A stretch of DNA of 64,000 nucleotides, from assembly GCA_963753345.1 (NCBI GenBank), contig CAVWBU010000024.1, positions 160,001 to 224,000 of the forward strand, written 5' to 3'. Below, in pieces: positions 19,759-29,733 of this stretch. How positions within the stretch are numbered: position 1 is the first letter of the stretch; each line of letters opens with the position of its first letter. A program made the translations under genes and the position numbers. Origin of the DNA: an uncultured Fibrobacterota bacterium (GTDB lineage Bacteria > Fibrobacterota > Chitinivibrionia > Chitinivibrionales > FEN-1185). The notes below the pieces were generated by a model. That model saw nothing but the letters and a program-made list of their open reading frames with translations. It did not search any database and was not told the DNA's origin.

Positions 19759-20508
19759 TCACCCCATCTTCTCCGCCTGCCTGCCGGGAAACCATTCCCA
19801 TAACCCGATCGTTCCGTTTTCCATTTTCGCAAACGTGTATTTCCTGATCCATTCCCCTGTGTTAACGTACACCTTGTCGCCGTATCGCCGCAGTTCCGGA
19901 CGGTGCGTGTGCCCGAAAATCACGATATCGCTTCCCTCAAGCAGCTTCCTGGCGCAGCGCCGGTATTCCTCGAGCTTTTCCTCGGTGATCCAGTCGGCGA
20001 GCATTTTCCTGCTGTTGCCGGAGAAGAATGAGGCCAGCGGCACCCCGATATCGGGGTGAAGCAGCTTGTAAAGCCGTTGATTGAGCCGATTGCGGAGAAT
20101 GCGCTTGAGGATGCGGTATCCCACGTCTTTCTTGACCACGCCGTCGCCGTGAAACAGATGAACCCTTTTCCCCTGGATCGTTGTCTCGAAATGGTCGAGA
20201 TGAATGCGAAGGCCCACAATGTCTCGCAGGAAAGGTCCCAGGGCGAAGTCGTGATTGCCGGCGAGATAGTGGATTTCCACCCCCGATTCCACCAGACCGG
20301 CCAGCCGCGAAACGACCGCAACATAGTCCGGCCTTATCGCGTGCCGGTATTCGATCCAGAAATCGAAAAGATCGCCCACGATATACAGCGCTTCGGCGCC
20401 GTCTTCGATTTCGTCAAGAAACGACAAAAGGTGCTTCTGCCGGTCATCGTGGCCCGGCATTGTTATGCCGAGGTGCGCGTCGGAAATGAAATACGTTGCC
20501 GATTTCAT
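19759..20508 (-). CDS. lpxH: UDP-2,3-diacylglucosamine diphosphatase
   Basis: SDAHLG, GDLFDFW, GNHDF, HGD, GHTH metallophosphoesterase motifs. Confidence 0.88.
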   Translation of the reverse strand: MKSATYFISDAHLGITMPGHDDRQKHLLSFLDEIEDGAEALYIVGDLFDFWIEYRHAIRPDYVAVVSRLAGLVESGVEIHYLAGNHDFALGPFLRDIVGLRIHLDHFETTIQGKRVHLFHGDGVVKKDVGYRILKRILRNRLNQRLYKLLHPDIGVPLASFFSGNSRKMLADWITEEKLEEYRRCARKLLEGSDIVIFGHTHRPELRRYGDKVYVNTGEWIRKYTFAKMENGTIGLWEWFPGRQAEKMG

Positions 20509-20653
20509 GATAGTGCCCGATGTTCTTTACAAAGAGAGAAGACGAAATGCGGGGAATTTTTGGAAGGATGAGGCAGAGCGACCATCCTGGAATGCGCTCT
20601 CTGCGGCGTGCGCGTCCGGGGAGTGCCCCGTGCACCGCCGCCGTACGCTCCCG

Positions 20654-20833
20654 CTATTCCCACAGGTCGTCGGTGCTATCGAGATCGCTTGCCATGTCGC
20701 TGAAGTTTGCGTTTTCGTCGTGGAGCGTGCCGAAATTAAGTTCCCTCATATCTTCGGGGGTGTCGTCGTCGTCGTCCAATTCATCTACGTCGCGCAGGAT
20801 TTCGTCCGCGTCGAACTGTTCGTCCAGAATCAT
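20654..20833 (-). CDS. 59-aa highly acidic small protein (not in ORF track)
   Basis: MILDEQFDADEILRDVDELDDDDDTPEDMRELNFGTLHDENANFSDMASDLDSTDDLWE; GGAGGTGA RBS; consensus promoter upstream. Confidence 0.8.
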   Translation of the reverse strand: MILDEQFDADEILRDVDELDDDDDTPEDMRELNFGTLHDENANFSDMASDLDSTDDLWE

Positions 20834-20889
20834 TCGATCTCACCTCCCTTCCCATGATGCTCGCTTGGCGTTCCGTAATTTGCAAGAGA

Positions 20890-20918
20890 ATTATAATGGA
20901 TTTTCTAATCCGTGTCAA
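20890..20918 (-). promoter_or_regulatory. consensus sigma70 promoter
   Basis: TTGACA (20918-20913), 17-nt spacer, TATAAT (20895-20890), A-tract upstream of the -35. Confidence 0.88.
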
Positions 20919-21130
20919 TATTTTTTTTGAAAAGGTTTTCGCGCAAAATCCCCGAATTCCCGCCGGTGCGCAACGTCCCGCCACCGGCACTCGATACTAC
21001 GTCGTGCGTTTCCCGAATATTACTCCCCATGCCGAAAAAGAGACGGACATTCGACGGCGGCTTGCAGGCGTGGAACGGTGCCCGTGTGCGACTGATTTGC
21101 CGAGAGGATTATACCGAGGATCCGAGGAGC

Positions 21131-21391
21131 CTACGACGAGCCTTTTTTCTTGAAGATGTCGTTGATTTCCTGCTGCACTTTCGCTTTGTAAAGCACTTCT
21201 TCGAGGTCGTGGGCAATCTGCTTGCCTTCGCTGAGCATTGCCGCCCTTTTTTCGAGAAGTGCGATTTCAAGTTCGCGGCGCTTGTTTTCTTCTTTGCGTA
21301 TCTTGAAAACAAGGATCGAATGTCCCAGGGAGAGTCCCAGAAGCACGATGAGGATTTGAATAATCCAGAAAATGAGATATTCTTCGAACAT
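21131..21391 (-). CDS. small membrane protein with coiled-coil tail
   Basis: One N-terminal TM followed by an E/K-rich helix. Confidence 0.65.
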   Translation of the reverse strand: MFEEYLIFWIIQILIVLLGLSLGHSILVFKIRKEENKRRELEIALLEKRAAMLSEGKQIAHDLEEVLYKAKVQQEINDIFKKKGSS

Positions 21392-21530
21392 CCGAATCGG
21401 CCCCGTTTCACTACGTGCGCACCTTTTTCCGCCGCCCTCTTTTCAATGCACCCTTAAAATATCTCCGGCATGAGGGGATTTCAATAATTTCGGGATTTAT
21501 TTGGCCGCACGTCCAGGCATTTTTCCGGCG

Positions 21531-23990
21531 CTAGACCACCGGAAACGCATCGGTGTTGAAGTTCATCCTGCGCGCGAATTCGAGGAGCCGGATAAGGGTG
21601 TCCCGGTGCACCGAGCCCGGCGATTTCCGGAATTCCTGGTACAGGGGAACAAGCGTGGTTTCCATAATTGAGAAGAAAAGGTCTTCGGGCTTGCTTTTTG
21701 AAAACGGGATGCCGAACCGGTCGACGATGTTGAGCAGGTACCGCACACGGTCGGCGGAAACCTCGCTGAGCGTTTCGCCGAATATCTGGAGCTCCGAGAG
21801 GAGCAGGTCGAGCAGGAGCCGGGCGCTTTCGGCGTAATCGATGGTGATGCCGTACTTCCGCGACTTTTTCCATAAGTCAAGAAGCCTGGTCCACACCTCG
21901 TCCTCGCGGCCGTAAATCTCTATCTCGTTGATGGTGACGTTCCACGTCGCGGTGAGGACGTAGGCGATGGGCGCGGCGACGTACGGGGGCAGCGGCACGC
22001 CGAGGCTGGACAGCGAATCGAGTATCTTTTCGTTGCGCTCCATCCATGACGCGTACTTTTCGCGCGTGTCCTTCGCCATCTCGCCGAGAAAGAATCCGGC
22101 GAGTCTCACTTTCGATTCCTCGAACATCGACGAAAGGTTAAGCGCCACGGAGGTCGGATGGGCCTTGATGCCCTCGGGGTTCTCCGCGGCCGCATCGGCG
22201 GGAACGCACCACCCGTTAAGCAGGCCGTCCTCCTTTTCGAGGCACAGGGAAAAACGGCCGCGCTCCCCGCTGCTGCGGTTGCGTATGTCCGCCGTGAACA
22301 AGCCGCCGGCCTTGTGCCCGCCCGGCCGGGCACCCCCCGGAACCGACAGGGACACCTCGAAGCCGTAATAGTCGAACCTGCGCTCGGCCGCCTTGTCCGG
22401 CGCGACGGTCTTTTCCGCCGCCGCCGTAAAACAGAGCATTTCGAGATGGCGGAGGTAGGGCGCGACGGTCTCCCGGAAAATGGTGGCCCCGCTCTTTTCC
22501 GGAATGTTGCTTTTCGCGCCGGAAAGCATTTGCACGAACTCGTCGGTGACGCTTTCGCGCCGCAAGGGGTCGATGCCGAGCTGGAGCGCACGTCCGGCGT
22601 ACATGATGTTCTGCACGGTCTCTATGCCGCTCACGTCCGAGAAAAACCACCCGCACGAGGTGAACGAGAACAGCATGTACTTCTGGGCCTCGAGCAGGCG
22701 CCTCAGGGCGAGAGCGTCCTCGTCGGAACAGCCGGCGCGCACGCCATGCTTTACAATATGCGATTTGAATTCCGCGAGCGTGCGGGTGTCTGCAAACCCC
22801 ATATACGCATCGCGCAGTTTCCACGGATCGGCCGCGTGCGGCGAGACGGCCGCTTCGAATTCGTCGTCGACATGCTTCTGCAGGCGCTCAAACGCGGCGC
22901 GGAGCGGGCCGCGCCACGCCTGGTTCCACGAGGGCGGGCCGCCCGCCTTGCATCCGCAGTCCCGCGCCCACCTGCCCACGCCGTGGATGCAGCTCCATGC
23001 CGTGCCTTCGCCGAATTCGTTCTTGAGCGCCACCTCGAACACGGGAGGATTCTTCTCCAGATACCAGCCGAAATTGACCGGCACGATGTTCATTTCGGAC
23101 GCAAGCCTTCCAAAGAAATAGGCAAGGCACATGTCGCCGAACGGCTTGTGGTGACCGAACGTCTCGCCGTCGGTGGCGATCACCACCACCTGGTCGCGTT
23201 CGTCTGCGTCGTCGTAGCAGGAACGTATCTTCGCTCCGAGCGCGCCGGCGCTCGACAGGAGATCGCCGAAGCTCACCTCTCTCGACAGGCCTTCGTTGAA
23301 GAAAAACGCGTCGATGTGGCCGCCGAGCCTTGCGCCGGCCTGGTCGCGGTTGTAAATACGGTACGCGCGCTTCGTGTCGAAACCGCTCCCGGCGGGCCGC
23401 CACGGCCCCTTCCCGTCGAGGCCCCGGAATGTCTCGGCCTGGGCCGGCGACAGCACCACGAACCGCACGCCTTCCTCGATGAGGCACTGCACGGTCTCCA
23501 TGTTGATTGCCGTCTCGGCGAGCCAGATCCCTTCGCATTCGCGTTTGTAACGCGACCGGAAGAATTCCTTTGCCCAGCGTATCTGCGTTAGTTTGTCCCG
23601 CCGGGACGCGAGCGGCATAATCACGTGGTTGTACACCTGGGCCACGGCATTGCCGTGCCCGCCCCGGGCCGCGCAGGTCTCCCGGTCCGCCGCCACGATC
23701 CGCGCCGTGACCTTCGGGTGGTTCTTTTCGAGCCACCGAAAGAGCGTGGGGCCGAAGTTGTGGCTCATGTGCAGGTAGTTGTTGCGTATGTCAACGATCA
23801 TGCCGCGCTGGTCGAGGATGCGCGAGAAGGCATTGGGCCGGTAGCACTGGTCGTAGATGCGCTCGTTCCAGTCGTGGTAGGGCGACGCGGAACCCTGTTT
23901 TTCTATAAAGTCAAGCCACGGGTTTTCGCGCGGCGGCTGGTAGAAATGGCCGTGGATCACCACGTACCGGTTCGCGGCGCCGCCCGTCAT
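21531..23990 (-). CDS. GH57-related DUF3536 domain protein
   Basis: IHGHFYQPPRENPW, YHDWNERI, GIWLAETA, ATDGETFGHH, SFTSCGWFF; the ORF-track N-terminal extension runs into a repeat and is not credible. Confidence 0.9.
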   Translation of the reverse strand: MTGGAANRYVVIHGHFYQPPRENPWLDFIEKQGSASPYHDWNERIYDQCYRPNAFSRILDQRGMIVDIRNNYLHMSHNFGPTLFRWLEKNHPKVTARIVAADRETCAARGGHGNAVAQVYNHVIMPLASRRDKLTQIRWAKEFFRSRYKRECEGIWLAETAINMETVQCLIEEGVRFVVLSPAQAETFRGLDGKGPWRPAGSGFDTKRAYRIYNRDQAGARLGGHIDAFFFNEGLSREVSFGDLLSSAGALGAKIRSCYDDADERDQVVVIATDGETFGHHKPFGDMCLAYFFGRLASEMNIVPVNFGWYLEKNPPVFEVALKNEFGEGTAWSCIHGVGRWARDCGCKAGGPPSWNQAWRGPLRAAFERLQKHVDDEFEAAVSPHAADPWKLRDAYMGFADTRTLAEFKSHIVKHGVRAGCSDEDALALRRLLEAQKYMLFSFTSCGWFFSDVSGIETVQNIMYAGRALQLGIDPLRRESVTDEFVQMLSGAKSNIPEKSGATIFRETVAPYLRHLEMLCFTAAAEKTVAPDKAAERRFDYYGFEVSLSVPGGARPGGHKAGGLFTADIRNRSSGERGRFSLCLEKEDGLLNGWCVPADAAAENPEGIKAHPTSVALNLSSMFEESKVRLAGFFLGEMAKDTREKYASWMERNEKILDSLSSLGVPLPPYVAAPIAYVLTATWNVTINEIEIYGREDEVWTRLLDLWKKSRKYGITIDYAESARLLLDLLLSELQIFGETLSEVSADRVRYLLNIVDRFGIPFSKSKPEDLFFSIMETTLVPLYQEFRKSPGSVHRDTLIRLLEFARRMNFNTDAFPVV

Positions 23991-24122
23991 ACTACACCGC
24001 CCGGGCCCGCCGGGGGTAATTCGCGGAACCTCGGGGAAAATACGCCTGCTCTTTTGTGGATGATCGCGCGTGCGGCCGGCCTGGTGCTCATGGTTCTCCG
24101 GGTGAAAGAAATCCGATCCAAT

Positions 24123-24278
24123 CGGTGGAGCCCCGCCGACAGGAGTCGGCGGCACCAAAAATTTCCTTCGGCTCCGGGAGCCGAAGGCTGCTTGTGCGAC
24201 GCTTCGGCGTCCCCGAAGGGGGGCGACATCCCGAAGCAGAAGGCCCCCGACAAAATCGGGGGCCTTCTGCGTAGTGGG
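24123..24278 (-). mobile_element. palindromic non-autonomous element (PATE/MITE-like), family C copy 1
   Basis: 122 bp (24123-24244) match 49064-49185 with one mismatch; four hairpins; preceded by TTTTA on the minus strand. Confidence 0.85.
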
Positions 24279-24322
24279 TAAAAATATACTTCATGGAAAT
24301 CAGCTTCCCGCAGGAGCATCCG

Positions 24323-25759
24323 TCAATGGCGCGGCCCCTTTCCGAGGCGCGAAAGGAGCTGCTTCGCCCTGATCGCGAACACGTCGCCCGGACTCGAAAG
24401 CACGAGTTTTTCCAGAAGGGCGGCGCCCCGGCTGCCGTCGCCTTGCCTTATGAGAATTTCGGCGCGAAAGTATTCCAGTTCCGGCGACGTTTCGGCGGCC
24501 CCGATCTGCGAAAGAACCTTCGCGGCGTCGTCGACACAATCCTGTTCCAGCAAAGCGGCGACCATCTCGCACGCAAGCATCCGCCGCGCGCCGGGTGCAA
24601 ACGCGGACAGCGGCACGGCCGCGGCCTTTTTCGGCCTGCCCAGCCACAGGGCGTATTCCACGGCGCCGAAATCCTTCAGCGCATCGGGCGAGTCCCTGAG
24701 CACCTCGAGCTTGTAGCGGAACGCAAGCACCTCGCGGCCGTATTCCCAGCCCGGCGCAACGGCAACCGTGTCGATCCACCCTTCGAGGCTGTCCGCCTGC
24801 CCCAGAAACACGGTTGTCCGGATCTTCCACACCGTCTGCGCCTGGCGGTCTCCGCGGATCGCGGCAGCGCACCCGGCCGCGCGTACACAATCGCCCGAAT
24901 ACAGCGCCTGGCGTACCGCAAGGGTGTCCCGGGGGACCGACGCGGGAAGGGCGGCGATCAGGCTGTCTGCTTTGTCAAGGAGCCCGGCTCGCTGCAGGAA
25001 CGCGGCCGCCTGCGCGCGGAAGCGCGGGTCGGAAAGCCGGGCACGCGGGAGCCACAGTGCGGCCTCCGCGTTTTTTCCCATTTTCAAATAGCACTGGTAC
25101 ACGATGGCCGCAGCCAGCGATTGCTCCCTGGGATCGGTACAGCGGCGGAAGGCCTCTGTGGCCGGCGCCACCGCATCGGAAACAAAACCCATGGCCATCC
25201 GCTCGCGCGCGAGACCGAGAAAGTCGCGGGCCGACGGGAAATGCGGCGTGTCGAGCTCCCGAAGCACGTCGACCGCCTCCGCAAACAGGGAGGAATATTC
25301 GTAGGTGCGCGACAGCCATTGCTTGATTCTCAATGTGTCGCACCGGTCGCGGGCAAGGGCGCATTGGCGGTACGCACCAAGGGCCAGGCGCCGTGTTTCC
25401 ATGGGCCTGTCTTTCAGGATTTCGGACAGCCGCGCGCAGGCGAGGTCCGCCATGCCGGGCGCCATCGAGCCGGTTTTGCAGCAGAGCACGCCGGCATCGC
25501 CGTATCGGGCAAGCGCGGCCTTTGCCGGCATCCAGGTGAGGTAGTCGAGACCGTCGAGCGCTCCCGCCGAATCGGCGATGGAAAGCAGGCTGTCGGCCTC
25601 CGCGATGTTCCCTTTGTCAAGATCGGAAAGGCCGCGCAAGCGGCAGGCTTGGACCTTCTGGCGGTCGAAACGGGGCGCAGCGCCGACCGGCGGCGGTCCG
25701 GCGGCCGCCGCGCACACCGCAACAAGGATCGTCAGCAAGGTCTTGACAGCATGCGCCAT
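24323..25759 (-). CDS. secreted TPR-like helical repeat protein
   Basis: Signal peptide, Ala/Leu-rich helical repeats, C-terminal TPR-like segment; follows Omp85 gene. Confidence 0.7.
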   Translation of the reverse strand: MAHAVKTLLTILVAVCAAAAGPPPVGAAPRFDRQKVQACRLRGLSDLDKGNIAEADSLLSIADSAGALDGLDYLTWMPAKAALARYGDAGVLCCKTGSMAPGMADLACARLSEILKDRPMETRRLALGAYRQCALARDRCDTLRIKQWLSRTYEYSSLFAEAVDVLRELDTPHFPSARDFLGLARERMAMGFVSDAVAPATEAFRRCTDPREQSLAAAIVYQCYLKMGKNAEAALWLPRARLSDPRFRAQAAAFLQRAGLLDKADSLIAALPASVPRDTLAVRQALYSGDCVRAAGCAAAIRGDRQAQTVWKIRTTVFLGQADSLEGWIDTVAVAPGWEYGREVLAFRYKLEVLRDSPDALKDFGAVEYALWLGRPKKAAAVPLSAFAPGARRMLACEMVAALLEQDCVDDAAKVLSQIGAAETSPELEYFRAEILIRQGDGSRGAALLEKLVLSSPGDVFAIRAKQLLSRLGKGPRH

Positions 25760-25762
25760 GGC

Positions 25763-27553
25763 CTACCGCCCCATCCCGGCCGATATCGGGTTCATGACCG
25801 ACACATGCACCCTGCCCAGACTCTTGGTGTCCTGATAATTCCTGGCCCACTCAACGGCCGCGCTGCCGATTTTTGACGGAATGCGAATGCCAAGGCCGTA
25901 GCCGAAGAGTTTGGTCCCGGAGGACAGGGTAAGACGGTCGGCGGGGCCGAAACCCATGCCGGCGTCTGCGAAGAGATAGAGGGAACCCTGGGGATTGTAA
26001 TAGAACAGACACTCGGCCTGGCCAAAGCCGACCGTCTTGAACGCGAACTCCTGGTCGGCGTAGCCGCGAAGGGAATTGTAGCCGCCCACGCGATACAGCT
26101 CGGCCTGGTTCAGCGAGTCGGCCGCCTCGGAAAACAGCGCGTCACCCGTGAACCTTCCCGCAACTGCCCACCGCTTTGTCAAGGGCACGTGCAGGTTGCC
26201 CGTCATGTCGACATGCCAGCGGTCGAACTGCCGTCCGTTGTTTTTCGCTATACCGCTGCCCGACCGGAGGGAAAAACCGCGGCTCAGTTCGCCGGCGCGG
26301 TAGGCGTTCACGTTCCGCACCAGGATGATGTCGGCGCCCCCGAATTCCGACGACGAACCGGCGGACTCGTTGGAGACTTGGACTTCGTGCGCGGTCACGG
26401 CCAGGCCGAACTGCCAGTAGGAACGCAGCTCCATGAGGCCTTCGAGGCTGCCGTGGAGGTAGCCGTACTGGGACGTATCCTGGCGGATTTCGAGCCCGAA
26501 ATCGCCGGAAGCGAACACGGGAAAATCCAGAAGATACGGCTTGGAAAGCGAAAGTTCCATGCGCTGAAGGTCCTGCTGGCCGTTGTAGGAAAGCTGGGCC
26601 GTTTCGCCCGAATGCAGGATGTTGAGAAGGGAAATATTGACAACGCCGTAAAAGCTGTTCGCAAGCGATGCTCCGCCCGCCTGAAAGGTGAGCGCGCCCT
26701 CGAAGCCGAATCCGCTCTTGTCGGAGCAGGAAAACGGGACCATCACTTTGTCCGGCGGGGCCGTATTTGCTGCGCGGCCGACCGTGTCGGACGGAAGCGC
26801 CGCGTCGAGCACCACGGCCGGTGACGAGACTTCCACCGAGGTCACGTATGCCCGCGACAGCAGCCGTTCACGGGATTCCTCCACCGCGCGCACGCTGAAC
26901 GGCGCGTTTTCCCGGATCGAAACATCGTGCAGAAGCAGCTTGCGGCCGGTCTTGAACTTGCCTATAAGGAGCGGCTTTGCGAAAACGTAGCGTCCGTTTT
27001 CGCGAACGTCAAAAACAACGGAAAGGGAACGTTGCCGCGCACCGCGGGGCCCGGCGGGAAAATCGGCGATGGTACGGACGGCAACTGAAAGGCTCGCAAA
27101 CGGGTACCCCCGGCAGCCGAGATAGTAGATCGTCCTTCCGGCAAGCCACTGGACATACCCGGCGTCGTAGGGAAACGGCAGCTTTACTTTCGCAACCGAA
27201 TCGAGCGGCACGGCGGCGTCGCCCTGCACCCGTACGGAGTCGACGCGGCTGCGTCCGCCCGGGTCGATATGCACGGTCTTCGGGGCAACCGTGTCCCACA
27301 CGGCAAGGAAGAAACCCAGGGAATCGAGCAGGCCGCGCACAGCGGCCGCCTTTGCGCCGGGAGGCGCCTTCTGCACACGGTCGAGCACAAGCCGCGTTGC
27401 GAGGTCGCGTGATTCAACCATGAGATAGGTGTGACCCGAATCGGAGAACTGGACCGGGGTAAACGCTTGCTTTGCGGCTGCAGGAAACGCACAGAGCTGA
27501 ATTACGAGGAGAAGAAGAACGTGTCGCGCGGGGCGCGGCAGGCGACGCGGCAT
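25763..27553 (-). CDS. BamA/TamA (Omp85) family outer-membrane protein
   Basis: POTRA-like GYPFASL; YRVGGYNSLRGY; FADAG; GYGLGIR. Confidence 0.85.
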   Translation of the reverse strand: MPRRLPRPARHVLLLLVIQLCAFPAAAKQAFTPVQFSDSGHTYLMVESRDLATRLVLDRVQKAPPGAKAAAVRGLLDSLGFFLAVWDTVAPKTVHIDPGGRSRVDSVRVQGDAAVPLDSVAKVKLPFPYDAGYVQWLAGRTIYYLGCRGYPFASLSVAVRTIADFPAGPRGARQRSLSVVFDVRENGRYVFAKPLLIGKFKTGRKLLLHDVSIRENAPFSVRAVEESRERLLSRAYVTSVEVSSPAVVLDAALPSDTVGRAANTAPPDKVMVPFSCSDKSGFGFEGALTFQAGGASLANSFYGVVNISLLNILHSGETAQLSYNGQQDLQRMELSLSKPYLLDFPVFASGDFGLEIRQDTSQYGYLHGSLEGLMELRSYWQFGLAVTAHEVQVSNESAGSSSEFGGADIILVRNVNAYRAGELSRGFSLRSGSGIAKNNGRQFDRWHVDMTGNLHVPLTKRWAVAGRFTGDALFSEAADSLNQAELYRVGGYNSLRGYADQEFAFKTVGFGQAECLFYYNPQGSLYLFADAGMGFGPADRLTLSSGTKLFGYGLGIRIPSKIGSAAVEWARNYQDTKSLGRVHVSVMNPISAGMGR

Positions 27554-27609
27554 TAAGAAATGGCGGGAAAGAACCGGAGCGCGAAAAGCGGAAACAACCG
27601 CTTTCCGGG

Positions 27610-28125
27610 TTACGCGGCGCCTTTCTGTTTGCGCTTTTCCAATATTTCCTTGCCCTTCACGGAGTACTTGGCAACCGGGACTTCTTCCAGGCGTTCCACG
27701 GGAATCGGCTCGCCCGTCACGAGGCACGTGCCATAGGTGCCCTCTTCAATACGTTGGAGCGCCTCATCTATTTGCTCAAGATATTTCTGCTGGCGTTCGG
27801 CCAGCCCCATGGAGAATTCCCTGCCGTAGGCAAGCGACGCAGTGTCGCCGAGGTGATAACTGTACCGTGAGTTCTCGCCGGACTGGTCGGCGATGGAGGT
27901 CTTGAGGTTCTCGTTCTGGATCTCGCCCATTTCCTCGAGCACCCTCTTCTTTTCCTTGAGGAGTCTCTCCTTGAAATACGAAAGCTCCTTCCTGGTGAGC
28001 TTTCGCACGGAGACGGCTTCCCGGGACAGAGCCTTCGAGGCTTTCCGGGGCTTGTGCGGCTTTTGCTTTTTTGACGGCTTTGAGGGCCGCTTCGCACCCT
28101 TTTTCGGACGCGATTTCTTGTTCAC
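27610..28125 (-). CDS. DksA/TraR family protein
   Basis: HLGDTAS coiled-coil tip; IDEALQRIEEGTYGTC..GEPIPVERL..VP; Lys-rich N-terminus. Confidence 0.9.
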   Translation of the reverse strand: MNKKSRPKKGAKRPSKPSKKQKPHKPRKASKALSREAVSVRKLTRKELSYFKERLLKEKKRVLEEMGEIQNENLKTSIADQSGENSRYSYHLGDTASLAYGREFSMGLAERQQKYLEQIDEALQRIEEGTYGTCLVTGEPIPVERLEEVPVAKYSVKGKEILEKRKQKGAA

Positions 28126-28412
28126 GGTAAGGTTCCTTGTTGAAAAAGAATTTTCAAATATAGTTCTCGAAGCAGGTGAAAGACAATCCTTTGTTTTAAT
28201 CTTTGTCCTTCATTGTATCATTGCCCAGCAAGGCGTGCCATACAAAAAACCGATGTACCGCGCGCCGCAGGTGTTGGTGATGGCCGACCCTGCCATCGTT
28301 TACTTCCATAGCCCCCTAATCTATTTTTCGGAAGACGCACGAACATTTTCAGAATGTCTCCAACTCCTGCGCTTTGCCCTCCTTGGGGCCACAGAAAGCG
28401 AAACGCACCTTG

Positions 28413-29696
28413 ATGACACGAGTCGAAGCAGCAAAAGAAGGCCTGATCACACCAGAGATGAAAAAGGCGGCCTCCGCGGAGGGCATTGACGCCCGCACCC
28501 TTCGCAGCAGCCTTGCCGATGGCTCCATTGTCATCGCCCGCAACACCGGAAGAAAAATCCGACCGCTCGCCATCGGCGCCGGCACGAGGATAAAGGTAAA
28601 CGCGAACATCGGCACGTCGTCGGCCAAGGCGAGCATCAGGGAAGAACTGCACAAGATGCGCGTGGCGGTCAAACACGGCGCCGACGCGATTATGGACCTT
28701 TCCACCTCCGGCGACCTTTCCGCAATCCGCGCGGCCATTCTCGACGCGTGCCCGGTGGCCGTGGGAACGGTGCCCCTGTACGAAATGGCGCTTGTCGCAA
28801 AGAGAAAACGCAAATCGATCGTGGATCTTTCGGCGCAGGAAATGTTCGAGGTCGTACAGAGCCACTGCGAGCAGGGCGTGGACTTCCTCACGCTCCACTG
28901 CGGCGTAACGCTGCAGTCGGTGGAGCGTTTCAGGCGGGCAGGGAGGCTTGCAGGGTCGGTCTCGCGCGGCGGCACCATCATGATGGAATGGATCCACCAC
29001 AACCGGAAGGAAAATCCGCTGTACGCCGACTTCGGCCGGGTTCTTGACATCTGCGCAAAGCACGACGTGTGCGTGAGCCTGGGCGACGCCTTCCGTCCGG
29101 GCGCCATCGCCGACGCGACCGACCGCGTGCAGGTGGAGGAGCTGGTGATTCTTGGCGAGCTCGTGCAGGCGGCGCGCAAAAAAAACGTGGGCGTGTTCGT
29201 GGAAGGCCCGGGCCACGTGCCCCTCAACCAGATCGCGGCCAACGTGCAGATTGAAAAGACCCTGTGCAACAATGCGCCGTTTTACGTTCTGGGCCCCATT
29301 GTCACCGACGTGTCGCCCGGCTACGACCATGTCTCGGCGGCCATCGGCGGCGCGGTGGCGGGAATGGCCGGCGCCGATTTCCTGTGCTACGTGACGCCCG
29401 CCGAGCACCTGCGGCTTCCGTCCGTCGAGGACGTGCGGGAAGGGGTGATCGCGTCGCGCATCGCGGGCCATGCGGCCGACATTGCCCGCGGACTCCCCGG
29501 CGCAGCCGATTGGGACCGCGCCGCTTCCCGGGCGAAAGTGGACCTTAACTGGGACAAGTTCCTTTCTCTCTGCGTCGACCCGGACAAGGCGCGCGCCTAC
29601 CGCGCATCGCTGCCGCCCAGCGACGATGGGTCCCTGTGCAGCATCTGCGGCGAATTCTGCGCGATCAAGAGGTCTAAGAAGGTACGCCCATTCTAG
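28413..29696 (+). CDS. thiC: phosphomethylpyrimidine synthase
   Basis: KVNANIGTS, MDLST, GTVPLY, VSRGG, EGPGHVP, YVTPAEHL, CSICGEFCA. Confidence 0.95.
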   Translation: MTRVEAAKEGLITPEMKKAASAEGIDARTLRSSLADGSIVIARNTGRKIRPLAIGAGTRIKVNANIGTSSAKASIREELHKMRVAVKHGADAIMDLSTSGDLSAIRAAILDACPVAVGTVPLYEMALVAKRKRKSIVDLSAQEMFEVVQSHCEQGVDFLTLHCGVTLQSVERFRRAGRLAGSVSRGGTIMMEWIHHNRKENPLYADFGRVLDICAKHDVCVSLGDAFRPGAIADATDRVQVEELVILGELVQAARKKNVGVFVEGPGHVPLNQIAANVQIEKTLCNNAPFYVLGPIVTDVSPGYDHVSAAIGGAVAGMAGADFLCYVTPAEHLRLPSVEDVREGVIASRIAGHAADIARGLPGAADWDRAASRAKVDLNWDKFLSLCVDPDKARAYRASLPPSDDGSLCSICGEFCAIKRSKKVRPF

Positions 29697-29733
29697 GCTG
29701 GTCCGTACTTTTCCTCACCCCAGGAACATCGTC

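Noticed and set aside
23991-24158. N-terminal extension of the GH57/DUF3536 ORF, and small ORFs sharing HQKFPSAPGAEG at 24.1 kb and 49.1 kb
   Set aside because: Translation of the palindromic repeat, not protein homology
28200-28412. TPP riboswitch upstream of thiC
   Set aside because: No CTGAGA or CCTGA(T/A) core motifs visible
28218-29471. Long antisense ORFs (also 24293-25876, 22158-23591, 4769-5944, 15238-16257, 60905-62065)
   Set aside because: Shadow frames of well-supported genes on the opposite strand in GC-rich DNA
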